A DNA stretch of 18,458 nt, from positions 1-18,458 of the forward strand of contig JBBAPZ010000033.1 of assembly GCA_040400605.1 (NCBI GenBank). Direction: 5' to 3'. This stretch comes from Candidatus Sericytochromatia bacterium (GTDB lineage Bacteria; Cyanobacteriota; Sericytochromatia; S15B-MN24; JAQBPE01). Each line of letters begins with the position of its first letter. Positions within the stretch are counted from its first letter, which is position 1. Below the pieces are notes generated by a model. It had not been told where the DNA came from. It did not search any database and worked only from the letters and a program-made list of their open reading frames with translations. Shown in pieces: positions 1 to 8,793 of the stretch. A program made the position numbers and the translations under genes.

Positions 1-290
1 TCGAACATACCTCCGCGCGCCAGCAATTGCCCCACCAAGTCCTGCGCACGATCAGGATCACCCGCCCTGAGCATGTTCTTGACCTGCCGCAAACCACTCG
101 GGAGCAACTGCGCATCGCTCAGTTGCATCCGATCAATCTGCAACGCGCCGCCCGCCTGTGCAAGCTGTGGCGCTTTGGCACTGTCTGTTGCGCCTCGCCC
201 CAACTTAGTCAGTGTGCGCCAGGCAATTCGGCCAATCGGATCATTCAACGCCACGCTCAACTTCCCCCCCGAGGATTTTGTACCCGACAT
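1..290 (-). CDS. Hypothetical protein, partial (runs off the left edge)
   Basis: Hand-translated from ATG at 290: MSGTKSSGGKLSVALNDPIGRIAWRTLTKLG...LRQVKNMLRAGDPDRAQDLVGQLLARGGMF, open to position 1. Absent from the ORF track because its stop is outside the window. The last part looks helical/TPR-like. Confidence 0.6.
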   Translation of the reverse strand, partial: MSGTKSSGGKLSVALNDPIGRIAWRTLTKLGRGATDSAKAPQLAQAGGALQIDRMQLSDAQLLPSGLRQVKNMLRAGDPDRAQDLVGQLLARGGMF

Positions 291-420
291 ACGCGGCGTG
301 AAAACCGCTCAGCGGAACCATCCGTTTCACCGATCGAACGCTGACCATCAGAACACAATGCCAAGGTAAGCTGAGCAGTTTTGGATGTTAAACGCGGCAT
401 TGTTACCACGAACATTTAAC

Positions 421-467
421 GAAAAATCATTCCCTGTGATGGTTAGCCTCTCATCACAGGGAATGAT
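421..467 (-). terminator. Perfect 16-bp hairpin, possible intrinsic terminator or operator
   Basis: ATCATTCCCTGTGATG (426-441) and CATCACAGGGAATGAT (452-467) are exact reverse complements with a 10-nt loop. On the minus strand the stem is followed by TTTTCGTT. Confidence 0.5.
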
Positions 468-866
468 CAATTTCGCTGGTTCTGCTCCGCTGGTGTCAGC
501 ACAAGAGGCACCCTTGTCTGCAATCCCACGCCTGGTCTGTTTTGGGCGCCACCAGGATGATGGTTTTTAGTGGGTGACGCCGATATGGGCTTGATCCAGT
601 TTTAAAGAACATCGAAATCATCCGGTAAGTCGCCCAATCGTCTGGTCACAAAATCGGGGCATCACGCTGAAAAAATGATGAATCAGGTGCTATCATTGTC
701 GCAAGAGAGGACACGAGCGACCATAAGGCACCGTGATTCGAACCGCATCGTTTTGTCGGGCAAGTCTACTAAAAAATAGCACAGTCTGCTTTCCCGTCTT
801 TTCGATGTGCAGCGTTTTAACGAGCTGTCCAAGTACAGTATCCCCCTGTTTGAAAGGAGTGGTTCA

Positions 867-1544
867 ATGACTTGGCGCCCTCATCAGAACGCGGCGCGTG
901 AGCGGTATTGCGCGGCTTTTTCTGATGCCGTGGCGGCTCGTTGGGTCCAGACGCCGTCTGAGGCGTTGGTTGCTGCCTACCGCTATGACATCACGGATGT
1001 ATTCCCGCTCGAGTCGGGCCTCCGGGTGCTGGAGGTCGGTGCTGGCACCGGCACCTTCACCAGGATTCTGCAACAGGTGGCGGGATTGGCCATCACCGCT
1101 ATGGAGCCCACGCCAGCGATGTTTAGCCAACTGTCCAGGCAGATGGCTGGGTCGGATGTGTGTGTGGTAAACGACTATTGTGATAGTGAGGGGGATCGTG
1201 ACCATTTTCCGCCGGCACAGTTTGACCTCATCATCTCCCGACAGGTTGCCAATGAATTGTATGATCCACTCACGGCCTTTCGAAACTGGCATCATTGGCT
1301 CAACGATGGCGGATCGGTCGTGCTCATTGACGGTTTGTTCACCCGTGAGGCGTGGAACGGCCCCTTGGAAGGCGAGGTAGATGCCTTGCCATTGGCCGCT
1401 AACCAGTCCCTGGCGCTGGTGCCCTACCTGCTTGAGGCTTGCGGTTTTGGGATCAGTGCTGTAAGGGCGATGGCGGCGGTCAACGCGATGACAGACCCAT
1501 CATTCAAACGCTACATCATCGCTGCGCGAAAGCCGTGTAGCTGA
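867..1544 (+). CDS. Class I SAM-dependent methyltransferase
   Basis: Motif I RVLEVGAGTG, motif II FPPAQFDLII, motif III WHHWLNDGGSVVLID. SD AAAGGAG upstream of ATG 867, preferred over GTG 807. Confidence 0.9.
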   Translation: MTWRPHQNAARERYCAAFSDAVAARWVQTPSEALVAAYRYDITDVFPLESGLRVLEVGAGTGTFTRILQQVAGLAITAMEPTPAMFSQLSRQMAGSDVCVVNDYCDSEGDRDHFPPAQFDLIISRQVANELYDPLTAFRNWHHWLNDGGSVVLIDGLFTREAWNGPLEGEVDALPLAANQSLALVPYLLEACGFGISAVRAMAAVNAMTDPSFKRYIIAARKPCS

Positions 1545-1773
1545 AACTACGCCTGGGACAAAGATCCCGCCGCTGACACGGCAGACGGGCGGGTCGCCGG
1601 GATCGGCGAAGGAATGCTCAGCGAGAAAAACGCGGCTAAGGCTCACTGTCCAGACTAAAAACCCGCATTCCATCGTGAGCGAACACACTGAAAAGTGCCT
1701 GACCGGCATTCTTTTAGCAGACTGTTAAGTGATCACGCATGGGATGCAAGCATGCGATGAATTTGATGAATGG

Positions 1774-2313
1774 TCAGACCGGTTTGTCCTTCGCAAACAG
1801 CCGGGCATCAATCACGTGGCCATTTTTGGTGTAACGTGCAGGCAAATCGCGCACGAACGCATAACCCGCTTTTTCAAGCACCCGTGCCGAACCAAGGTTG
1901 AATGCAAACACATCCGCTTCCATGCGCTTAAGGCCAAGTTGGTCAAACCCGTACGCCGTTACCTGCCTGACCGCCTCGGTCATGACCCCTTGCCCCCACC
2001 AGGGTTTAGCAAGCCAGTACCCCAGCATCGCTACATTCGTGTGCTCCGGCCCCCAGTCATGCAGCCCGATGCCGCCAATCATCCCGCCATCGGCCTTGCG
2101 GATGGCCCAGTTCAGACTTTGCCCACGTTCCGCGGTTTCGGCATGCACACGGGCAATCCAGGCCAGCGCATCCGCTTCTGTGTAAGGATAGGGCAGTCGC
2201 AGGGTTTGATCATGAATCTGTTTTTCCTGAAGGTGTTCAACATACGCCGCCGCGTCGGGTGCCAGCACATCCGAAATGTAAAAGCCACGGGCCATGGTCA
2301 GTTTCACGTGCAT
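1774..2313 (-). CDS. GNAT N-acetyltransferase, RimJ/RimL type
   Basis: LGYWLAKPWWGQGVMTEAV acetyl-CoA motif, then FAFNLGSARVLEKAGY, with an N-terminal LPYPYTEADA. Start uncertain (2331, 2313 or 2307). Confidence 0.92.
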   Translation of the reverse strand: MHVKLTMARGFYISDVLAPDAAAYVEHLQEKQIHDQTLRLPYPYTEADALAWIARVHAETAERGQSLNWAIRKADGGMIGGIGLHDWGPEHTNVAMLGYWLAKPWWGQGVMTEAVRQVTAYGFDQLGLKRMEADVFAFNLGSARVLEKAGYAFVRDLPARYTKNGHVIDARLFAKDKPV

Positions 2314-2608
2314 TCTCTCATTGTGGGTCAAGCAACGATGCGTCTTCTGCCCAGATTATAACCGATGCGCCTGATTTCGAGTCGCACGGCTTGATGGCGC
2401 CATGTCTACCCAGTACACAATGGCGCGCCACGGAGGGTCGCTTCTTCGTGGCAGGCGGCGTGCAATGCCTGATGATGAAAGTCCCCGTGCTTGCTCCATA
2501 CAATTAAGGCATCACCAACGTTCTATTGCGACGCCTCAGCGCGTGAGTTTCGGCCTTGTCGCCCCACCAGGGCGTGCCAGTCAGTCATGACGCCTTTACG
2601 TGTGAACG

Positions 2609-2800
2609 GTGCAGTCCGTACACTTGGACAATATGATGCCTGCTTTGCCCCACGCACGCCTCGTGCGTCTGCGAACTGCGGAATGGTTGGCTGCGCCACA
2701 CCCGACCGTCTGGCTGCTGCTTGCAGGGCCTGGCGCGGGTAAAACCTTTGCGGCCTGTGCCATCGTGGAGGCCCTCGGGAAACCTTTTCAATTGGGCTGA
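2609..2800 (+). pseudogene. N-terminal stub of a MalT-like P-loop ATPase, out of frame with the downstream TPR-SARP ORF
   Basis: MPALPHARLVRLR...WLLLAGPGAGKT matches the MalT-type start (PxxPxxxVxR, beta strand, Walker A [AG]x4GKT). Stops 17 codons after Walker A. Confidence 0.7.
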
Positions 2801-4256
2801 CACCGCGATACGATGTGGTGATCTTGATGACGCGCGCGCCTTGTTCGCACTCATTGATGCACAATCCCCGCTGAGCGTGGATCGCTACCGGCACGCCGAA
2901 TGCCTGCTCATTCGTTGCGACCTCCACCTCGGCACCGGCGACACGACCTTAGCCGAATCCTGTTGTCGTGAAGCACTGGATCACCTGTTCGCCCTGCGCG
3001 TGGAAGACAGTACCGATACCGCCTTAGCCTTCAACCGTCTCGCACTGATACAGCGCCGCCAAGGGCACTGGGAAGCAGCCATCAAACATCACATCCAGGC
3101 GCTGGGACTGGTTAAAAGCTGGCCGCGTTACCACCTCCAGGTGCTGCTTGATACAGCCATCACGCACCTGGCAGCCGGACAGACCGAGCAGGCCATTCCG
3201 CTGATGGCGCAGGCGTCATCTTTGGCTGACACCTCAGCAGCCTACCCCGCGCGCGTCTGGACACATCTGGCCTCAGCCATCCTCGCATCCAGACAAGCCC
3301 GTGAAGACGCCGCCCGAGCATCCCTTCAAATCGCGATGAGCATCATCAAACTAGAGGGGCTCTACTACCTGCCCATTAACGTACGCGAACTGGCACCGGC
3401 ATTGTGGGCCTTGCTCAACGAGATGGGGGAGCAAGACGCGCTCAACACCATCGAAGCACGCTTCCCTCAGACGGTTCGCGACATTCGGGCGGAACTGACA
3501 CAAATTGTGCTGGCCAAGCCGCTAGCACCGCCCGCACCCCCCACCGTGCACATCCGGTGCTTCGGTTCCCTGGTGGTTGAAGTCAGCGGCGTCGCCGTCA
3601 CCCATTGGCCCCGCAAGCGCGCCAAGGCCTTGCTTGGCTGGTTGATCCTGCACCCCGACGGGGTCAATCGGGACACGCTCGCCGACCAGTTGTTTCCCGA
3701 TCTGGGCTTTGAAGAAAGTCAGCATCAGCTGGATAATCTCGTCTCCTCACTGCGTAAAATCCTGGAACCCCACCTGGCGCGGCGACAAAAATCCCGCTAT
3801 CTCGATGCAAAAGACCGCCAGATTCGCCTGAACACAGAAGCACTGACCATCGATTTGGTCGATTTCGAAGCGGCCTACCGTGCGGATACCAGCGAATTGA
3901 TGGAGACAGCCCTTGGCTTCTATCGAGGGGAACTGCTATCCGATGCCGTTTGCCTCGAATTTTTTGAGTTTGAGCGCCACCGTTTCCGCACAATGGCCAT
4001 CACGATGCTGACACGCCTGGCAAAGTTGGCGTGGGATTCCGATCACTTTGCCGCAGCACGCGATCACCTCACCCAACTCCTCACCCTGGACCCCACTCAC
4101 GAAGCCGCCCATTGCGATATGATGCGACTTTACATTCACTTCGGGCAACGGGATCTGCTCAAAAGCCAATACCAGCAATTGCAGCAGATCCTGCGCCAAG
4201 AACTCGATACTACCCCAACCACGGAAGCACAACGCCTCTCGCGCGCTCTGGATTAA
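2721..4256 (+). CDS. TPR + SARP-family transcriptional activator (winged HTH + BTAD); probably the 3' part of a disrupted gene starting at about 2609
   Basis: TPR helices (ALAFNRLALIQRRQGHWEAAIKHHIQAL), SARP HTH (HIRCFGSLVV...WPRKRAKALLGWL...RDTLADQLFPD), BTAD (IDLVDFE...FYRGELL...LDPTHEAAHCDMMRLY). The first ~20 codons overlap the Walker A frame and have no SD. Confidence 0.85.
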   Translation: MQGLARVKPLRPVPSWRPSGNLFNWADTAIRCGDLDDARALFALIDAQSPLSVDRYRHAECLLIRCDLHLGTGDTTLAESCCREALDHLFALRVEDSTDTALAFNRLALIQRRQGHWEAAIKHHIQALGLVKSWPRYHLQVLLDTAITHLAAGQTEQAIPLMAQASSLADTSAAYPARVWTHLASAILASRQAREDAARASLQIAMSIIKLEGLYYLPINVRELAPALWALLNEMGEQDALNTIEARFPQTVRDIRAELTQIVLAKPLAPPAPPTVHIRCFGSLVVEVSGVAVTHWPRKRAKALLGWLILHPDGVNRDTLADQLFPDLGFEESQHQLDNLVSSLRKILEPHLARRQKSRYLDAKDRQIRLNTEALTIDLVDFEAAYRADTSELMETALGFYRGELLSDAVCLEFFEFERHRFRTMAITMLTRLAKLAWDSDHFAAARDHLTQLLTLDPTHEAAHCDMMRLYIHFGQRDLLKSQYQQLQQILRQELDTTPTTEAQRLSRALD

Positions 4257-4431
4257 AACCCATACACCCGACCACGCAAGGCGACCCTATCGAGGCTTGT
4301 CACAGCCGTTATCGTGATGATTGAAACGGTGGTGTGCGGACAAACGACTGCTGGCAAACCGCAACACATTATTCTCCTCATCTTGAGAAATGGCCTGGTG
4401 TCAGCCTCAGCCCTGTCAGGAAAAAACATCT

Positions 4432-4546
4432 ACAAAAAATGATCGCCCAAACAAAAAATCCTCTCCCAAAATTTTTGGGAGAAGTTTGGGAGATGGGTTT
4501 GTTAAGGTTTGATTATCAGGGTGATGGGCAAACCTTAACAAAGGAG
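4432..4546 (+). promoter_or_regulatory. Repeat-rich upstream region of EF-hand lipoprotein 1
   Basis: 19-bp tandem repeat (4432-4469, 16/19 identical); TTTGGGAGA direct repeats at 4474 and 4485 with an inverted copy at 4462; perfect 14-bp inverted repeat 4498-4511/4529-4542 abutting SD AAGGAG. Confidence 0.6.
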
Positions 4547-4555
4547 AAAAATTTT

Positions 4556-5176
4556 ATGAACAAGGTGATGACGGGGGTATTGTTCACGATGGTGTGTGGC
4601 CTGAGTGGATGTGGCGTTTCTCAGACCGGGGTTGCGGTGCGTGGTGTTGCGGTGGCTGGCCCTGGCGGCAAGGTGGTGCAATCGGTTTCCCAGACGTCAC
4701 GTGGGAATGGTTTCAGGCAGTTGTTCAACACGTTGGATCAGAATCGGGATGGGGCATTGACGCGTCAGGAGTTAGCTTCGATGCCCGTGGGGCAGCCGGT
4801 GAACGGCTACTGGCCAAACGAGCGGGAACGTGAGCTTGAGCGCTTTTTCTTCAAGGCGGATGGCAATCGTGATGGCTTGTTGAGTTTCACCGAATGGCGT
4901 AATGGCATGGTAGAAGCGCCTGTCAGCGACTCACGCTGGCTGCGCGTCTTCCGGTATCTGGACGTCAATTTTGATGATCGCGTTGATTTTGGTGAATATC
5001 TGAATGGACCTTGGGGGCAGCCGGTTGGTGGTTATCAACCAGGTGAAAAAGAGCGGGAAGCCAGGCGCGGGTTTGCCTTGCTGGATCGCAATCGGGATTC
5101 CCTGCTGTCTTATGAAGAGTTCCTGAAAGCCCTGGAACAGAGCAAAGGGCAAGGGCAAGCGCCGCTGTCGCGCTGA
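4556..5176 (+). CDS. EF-hand calcium-binding lipoprotein (four EF-hands)
   Basis: SD AAGGAG 4541-4546; signal peptide with lipobox LSG-C; loops DQNRDGALTRQE, DGNRDGLLSFTE, DVNFDDRVDFGE, DRNRDSLLSYEE. Confidence 0.88.
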   Translation: MNKVMTGVLFTMVCGLSGCGVSQTGVAVRGVAVAGPGGKVVQSVSQTSRGNGFRQLFNTLDQNRDGALTRQELASMPVGQPVNGYWPNERERELERFFFKADGNRDGLLSFTEWRNGMVEAPVSDSRWLRVFRYLDVNFDDRVDFGEYLNGPWGQPVGGYQPGEKEREARRGFALLDRNRDSLLSYEEFLKALEQSKGQGQAPLSR

Positions 5177-5488
5177 CCTGGCAGGGTTCCACACGGGTGC
5201 CAGAAAATTTGCCCAGGCGTACTTTGACTATTCTTAACGTCATTATCACCGTGTCAAACGCGATAAGCGAAAGGAGCCAGTTTTGGGACTGTTGCAGCGG
5301 TAATTTGTTCTAACAGCTCTCCTTGAAATCGGGGCAAACCCAGTCATTGAATGAACCGGCGCACCATTGCTCAGAACCCGCGTGGCAAACAGCCCAGACA
5401 GGCGGAACAACGTGGCTTTCGACCCGCAGTTTGCGCAGGCTGCGCCATTTTTACCAAGCTCAATTTGTTTTATGGTGGGGATCTGGTG

Positions 5489-6685
5489 ATGATGTTGATT
5501 CGTAACGCTCAGGTGTGGACGGCGTTGACGCTGGGTATCTCTCTGTCGGCGTGTGGCGGGATGGGCCCGGGGTCGTTGGCACGCGTGTCTCGTGGCAGCG
5601 CGCAGGTGCGACAGGCGATCGCGCCCCAACCCAATCCGACGCTGGAAGAAGCGTTTGAAGTGGCGCGGACCCAGGCTGCACGCGTGGGCGGTCGGTCCGT
5701 ATTATTGGTTGGTGTTAGCGGAATCGGGATTGGCCCGTCGGGTCGTCTCCGTGCGGCTGGCACCGATGGGCCGGAGTCGCTGTGGATGTTTGATTTCAAG
5801 CTGATGGGTCAACAGACGGCGGCCGGTGGGAGAGACTTTGTGATGGTCACGGTTGCTTCTCAGGCTGCGGTTAAGGTACAGCCCTATAGCGGGGAGGGAA
5901 TGGTTGAAAGGGCCACGATTGCTTATCGGCCGGAGGCCTGCGTGCCGTTTGAGCAGGCGATCGCAAAGGTGGTGGCGAGTGGGTTTCAGGCGCCTTATTA
6001 CAATGTGTCCCTGGCTCCGTCAGACGGGTTGTTTGCGGGTGGTTTGAGCGCTTACAGCGGGCCGTTGACGTTCCGGGTGGGGTTGGAAAGTCGTTTCGAT
6101 GAATGGCGGTTGGTTTCGGCGCGTCGGGGTGAACTGCGTCGGGGGTTGAGTGAGTTTGAACTGGCGCGCATAAAGCAGTTGGTGACGGGGGTGATCGATC
6201 GCTGGCGGCTTCAACTGACGCAAGGTGCCGAGCGTGGGGTGATCTTCGACGATTTGGTGCGCATTGGTATGGTGCCTGAGGGGGCGCGTTCCTACCTGGC
6301 ATCCTACGATACGGATCGTGACGGTCAGATTTCTCGCAGCGAATTCATTGCTGCGTTTACAACTGATCGCTGGTTGGAGGCCTGGCCAACGATGTACATC
6401 GAGCCTGGCTTCAACCGGGCGGATGCCAACGGTGACGAACGCCTGACTCCGGGCGAGGCCAGGAGTTTGCGATTCGACCTGGTGGATTTTAAAGGCGACG
6501 CGCTTCGTTTTCCTTTGGCCGTGACGCGGGAGGAGTTCGCAGCGGCGGATGCTGATCGCGACGGCAGACTGGACATCAATGAGTACAACCCACTGGGCAC
6601 CGAGAAGACGCTTGGTGTTGTGGCAGCGGATCCACGCGCGGCACACGCGATTTTTCTTCCTTTCACCAAGCCGTGGTCTCACTGA
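5489..6685 (+). CDS. Lipoprotein with an unassigned (possibly PepSY-like) N-terminal domain and C-terminal EF-hands
   Basis: Lipobox LSA-C after a hydrophobic stretch; loops DTDRDGQISRSE, DANGDERLTPGE, DADRDGRLDINE. Start placed at 5489 to give a normal-length signal peptide. Confidence 0.82.
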   Translation: MMLIRNAQVWTALTLGISLSACGGMGPGSLARVSRGSAQVRQAIAPQPNPTLEEAFEVARTQAARVGGRSVLLVGVSGIGIGPSGRLRAAGTDGPESLWMFDFKLMGQQTAAGGRDFVMVTVASQAAVKVQPYSGEGMVERATIAYRPEACVPFEQAIAKVVASGFQAPYYNVSLAPSDGLFAGGLSAYSGPLTFRVGLESRFDEWRLVSARRGELRRGLSEFELARIKQLVTGVIDRWRLQLTQGAERGVIFDDLVRIGMVPEGARSYLASYDTDRDGQISRSEFIAAFTTDRWLEAWPTMYIEPGFNRADANGDERLTPGEARSLRFDLVDFKGDALRFPLAVTREEFAAADADRDGRLDINEYNPLGTEKTLGVVAADPRAAHAIFLPFTKPWSH

Positions 6686-6704
6686 AACGGGCTTTCCCAA
6701 GGTC

Positions 6705-6757
6705 GCTGCACTGCCTGTGACAGGCGGTGCAGCCATAGCCAGAGACCTCCCTCTGGC
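6705..6757. terminator. Two hairpins between convergent genes
   Basis: GCTGCACTGCCTG-tga-CAGGCGGTGCAGC (6705-6733) and GCCAGAG-acctcc-CTCTGGC (6738-6757). No clear U-tract, so the terminator role is inferred from position. Confidence 0.45.
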
Positions 6758-6781
6758 ACAGCTTGTTCAAGACGTCCGGTT

Positions 6782-7447
6782 CTACTTACTCAACGCGCCA
6801 TGTTCCAGGGTTTCAAGGTTGAGCAGTGCGCGATCCGACCGGATGGAAAAATCGCGAAGCGACACCCGAACCACCCGCAAAGCATTGTTCTTCCTGTAGG
6901 CCACCTGCATCTCATCCTTGCGCACCAGGCTTCCTACGGTTTGGTCCATCCCCGAGGTGATTACGGTCGGGTTTGTCCCATCTGGATGCACGAGCAGCAT
7001 ATTCAGTTGATCTTGATCCGTATTCGAGGACCCGTTCATCTTTGATTTGAACTCAACATAAATCGCTCGAGGTGCGTTGTTTGAACCACCCACGAATACG
7101 ATCTCGCTGAGTGTCTGATGATGTTCCGGGAACAGCCAGCGAGTCGAATCGGCGTTCGCCGAGACAAACAGCAGGTTCTTGGTCACCCCCCGACGGCTAG
7201 AGTAGCTTTTGCTCGCTGAGCCGTCGTTAAGCGACAGGATCAGATTGTCACCATCACGTCCAAACTGGGACAGATACGCGCTGCTCGAGGCTTCGTCGTT
7301 CGTCACCAAGGGCGCCAGACCCTTAGGGGTCTTGGACGGCGCGTTACCCCAGTCGTACAAGGAAAGTGCACCCAAAAAGGCCAGACCAAGGAACACACCC
7401 ATTACCAGCATCAACGTTTTGTTACGTTGCAAGCGAGAAAAAATCAC
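6782..7447 (-). CDS. Hypothetical protein with an N-terminal membrane anchor
   Basis: 221-aa ORF; basic N-terminus, then LMLVMGVFLGLAFLGALSLY, then a beta-rich soluble domain (NLLFV...RWLFP; LVHPDGTNPTVI). Confidence 0.75.
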   Translation of the reverse strand: MIFSRLQRNKTLMLVMGVFLGLAFLGALSLYDWGNAPSKTPKGLAPLVTNDEASSSAYLSQFGRDGDNLILSLNDGSASKSYSSRRGVTKNLLFVSANADSTRWLFPEHHQTLSEIVFVGGSNNAPRAIYVEFKSKMNGSSNTDQDQLNMLLVHPDGTNPTVITSGMDQTVGSLVRKDEMQVAYRKNNALRVVRVSLRDFSIRSDRALLNLETLEHGALSK

Positions 7448-7618
7448 GGTAACCTTTCTTTACAGTGACGCACGGATGATTGTTAAAAAACCCTGTCGCC
7501 AGCTTAACACATCAGGCACTGGCTCGCCATTTTTGAACAGCGGTCGTATTTAGGCCATCATCAAAAATGTTTTTGTACAATTCAAGCGCGCGGATAAATC
7601 CCAAGATTGAAGCGGACA

Positions 7619-8239
7619 ATGATTTTTCATACAGATTATGAAAACGTCTCCCCCGAAGCCGTCCGGCAGTTCGTTGATGGGATACCGATGGGGCGACTGG
7701 TGACCGTGGGGGTGGATGGCACGCCCCATATGGGTCTGTTCAACTTTGTTTACGGCGAGCAGCGGATTGAGCTGCACCTGGCCCGTCGCGACGAGCAGTG
7801 CGACGACTTGAAGCGGCATTCACGCTGCGTGTTTGAAGTGGATGAATACTTGACCAGCATTCCGAGTTACTGGGTGCATCCTGAGTACGCGGGCGTTGCG
7901 ACTTCCTATCATCGGACCGTGATTTTTGAGTGTATCGGGAGCTTGCAAGATGACCCAGCTGTGCAGGTTGCCTGTCACAATCGCTTGCTGAAAAAGTACC
8001 AGCCCGAAGAGGGATATCAGGCGTTGGGTGTGGATGCGCCGCTATACCGTGGGGCGTGGATGCGACTGTATGCGGTTTGTCTGGAAGTGACGGCGTGTCG
8101 GGTCAAGTTCAAGCTGGGGCAGAATCGCACACCAACGGAGCGCGAAACAATTATTCAGCATTTGCGTCAGCGGGATGGCAAGGGCGATGGCATCGCGGCA
8201 AGCGTCCTGGAACGCAGCCTGACAGGGCAACACCCGTGA
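7619..8239 (+). CDS. FMN-binding split-barrel protein, PaiB negative transcriptional regulator family
   Basis: GRLVTV...PH...F, IELHLARRDEQ, IPSYW, VATSYH and the C-terminal KFKLGQNRTPTER, all typical of PaiB/FMN_bind_2 proteins. Confidence 0.85.
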   Translation: MIFHTDYENVSPEAVRQFVDGIPMGRLVTVGVDGTPHMGLFNFVYGEQRIELHLARRDEQCDDLKRHSRCVFEVDEYLTSIPSYWVHPEYAGVATSYHRTVIFECIGSLQDDPAVQVACHNRLLKKYQPEEGYQALGVDAPLYRGAWMRLYAVCLEVTACRVKFKLGQNRTPTERETIIQHLRQRDGKGDGIAASVLERSLTGQHP

Positions 8240-8373
8240 TACGACCCGCTACCCCAGCAGACGCAGCGAGTATCGCTGCGGTTCGTGTGCGCACGTGGCA
8301 GTCGACCTATCGCGGCATGGTTCCACAAGACTACCTGGATGGTCTGCGTATCCGAACCGACACCAACTTTTGA
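8236..8373 (+). pseudogene. 3'-truncated GNAT acetyltransferase
   Basis: GTGA overlap with the upstream stop. VIRPATPADAASIAAVRVRTWQSTYRGMVPQDYLDGL is a common GNAT N-terminus; it ends after 45 codons without the acetyl-CoA motif. Confidence 0.8.
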
Positions 8374-8416
8374 CACGCATTCGGTGGCCCCGCGCAATGA
8401 AGGGAATGGCGCCCAG

Positions 8417-8793
8417 TCACCAGCGCGCCGGGTGATATCCCAGGGGCACGGGCGGGGTGGCCCAGAAAGCGGGGTTTCGCGCAGGATACCCGCGTGACGG
8501 ATGCTACGCAATTCGCCAAACGGGGTATCGCAGTGCTCCAGGAGATCCGTGACATCCGCAAAGCGCTGATCCGGACAATCCTTGCCACCTTCGACACGCC
8601 CCAGATGCCTCACCCAGTGCCCCACTTGGGCCAGTGAGGTTTGCACATGCCAACTGCCCCCTTCGATCGCCCGGCGATACAAGGCCGCCATGATGCCACT
8701 TGCCAGCAGGTAACCAGCTGCGTGATCGAGTATTTGCGCGGGCAGGGCAAGCGGGGTGTCACACCCCTTCGCGCGGGCTTCGGCATCATTGTT
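8417..8793 (-). pseudogene. 5'-truncated, frameshifted CoA-transferase family III (CaiB/BaiF-like) C-terminal fragment
   Basis: AEARAKGCDTPLALPAQILDHAAGYLLASGIMAALYRRAIEGGSWHVQTSLA...ETP, then after a 1-nt shift at the G4 run 8471-8474 AFWATPPVPLGYHPARW-stop. No N-terminal part is present. Confidence 0.75.

Noticed and set aside
1729..2361. Long antisense ORFs (also 6020-6736, 10659-11294, 11985-12653, 13218-13919)
   Set aside because: Shadow frames of well-supported genes in GC-rich DNA, with no recognisable motifs.
2777..2783. GGGAAAC slippery heptamer as a programmed -1 frameshift
   Set aside because: The upstream frame already reads GGG AAA C and the downstream ORF needs +1, the wrong direction. 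The fused product would also lack most of the ATPase.
4525..5390. GGCAAAC motifs as c-di-GMP-I riboswitches
   Set aside because: The following GAAA tetraloop stem and GACGCAAAGC elements are absent.
4334..5488. Long N-terminal extensions of the EF-hand ORFs (starts 4334 and 5351)
   Set aside because: They would bury the lipoprotein signal peptides. SD-like sequences support 4556 and 5489.
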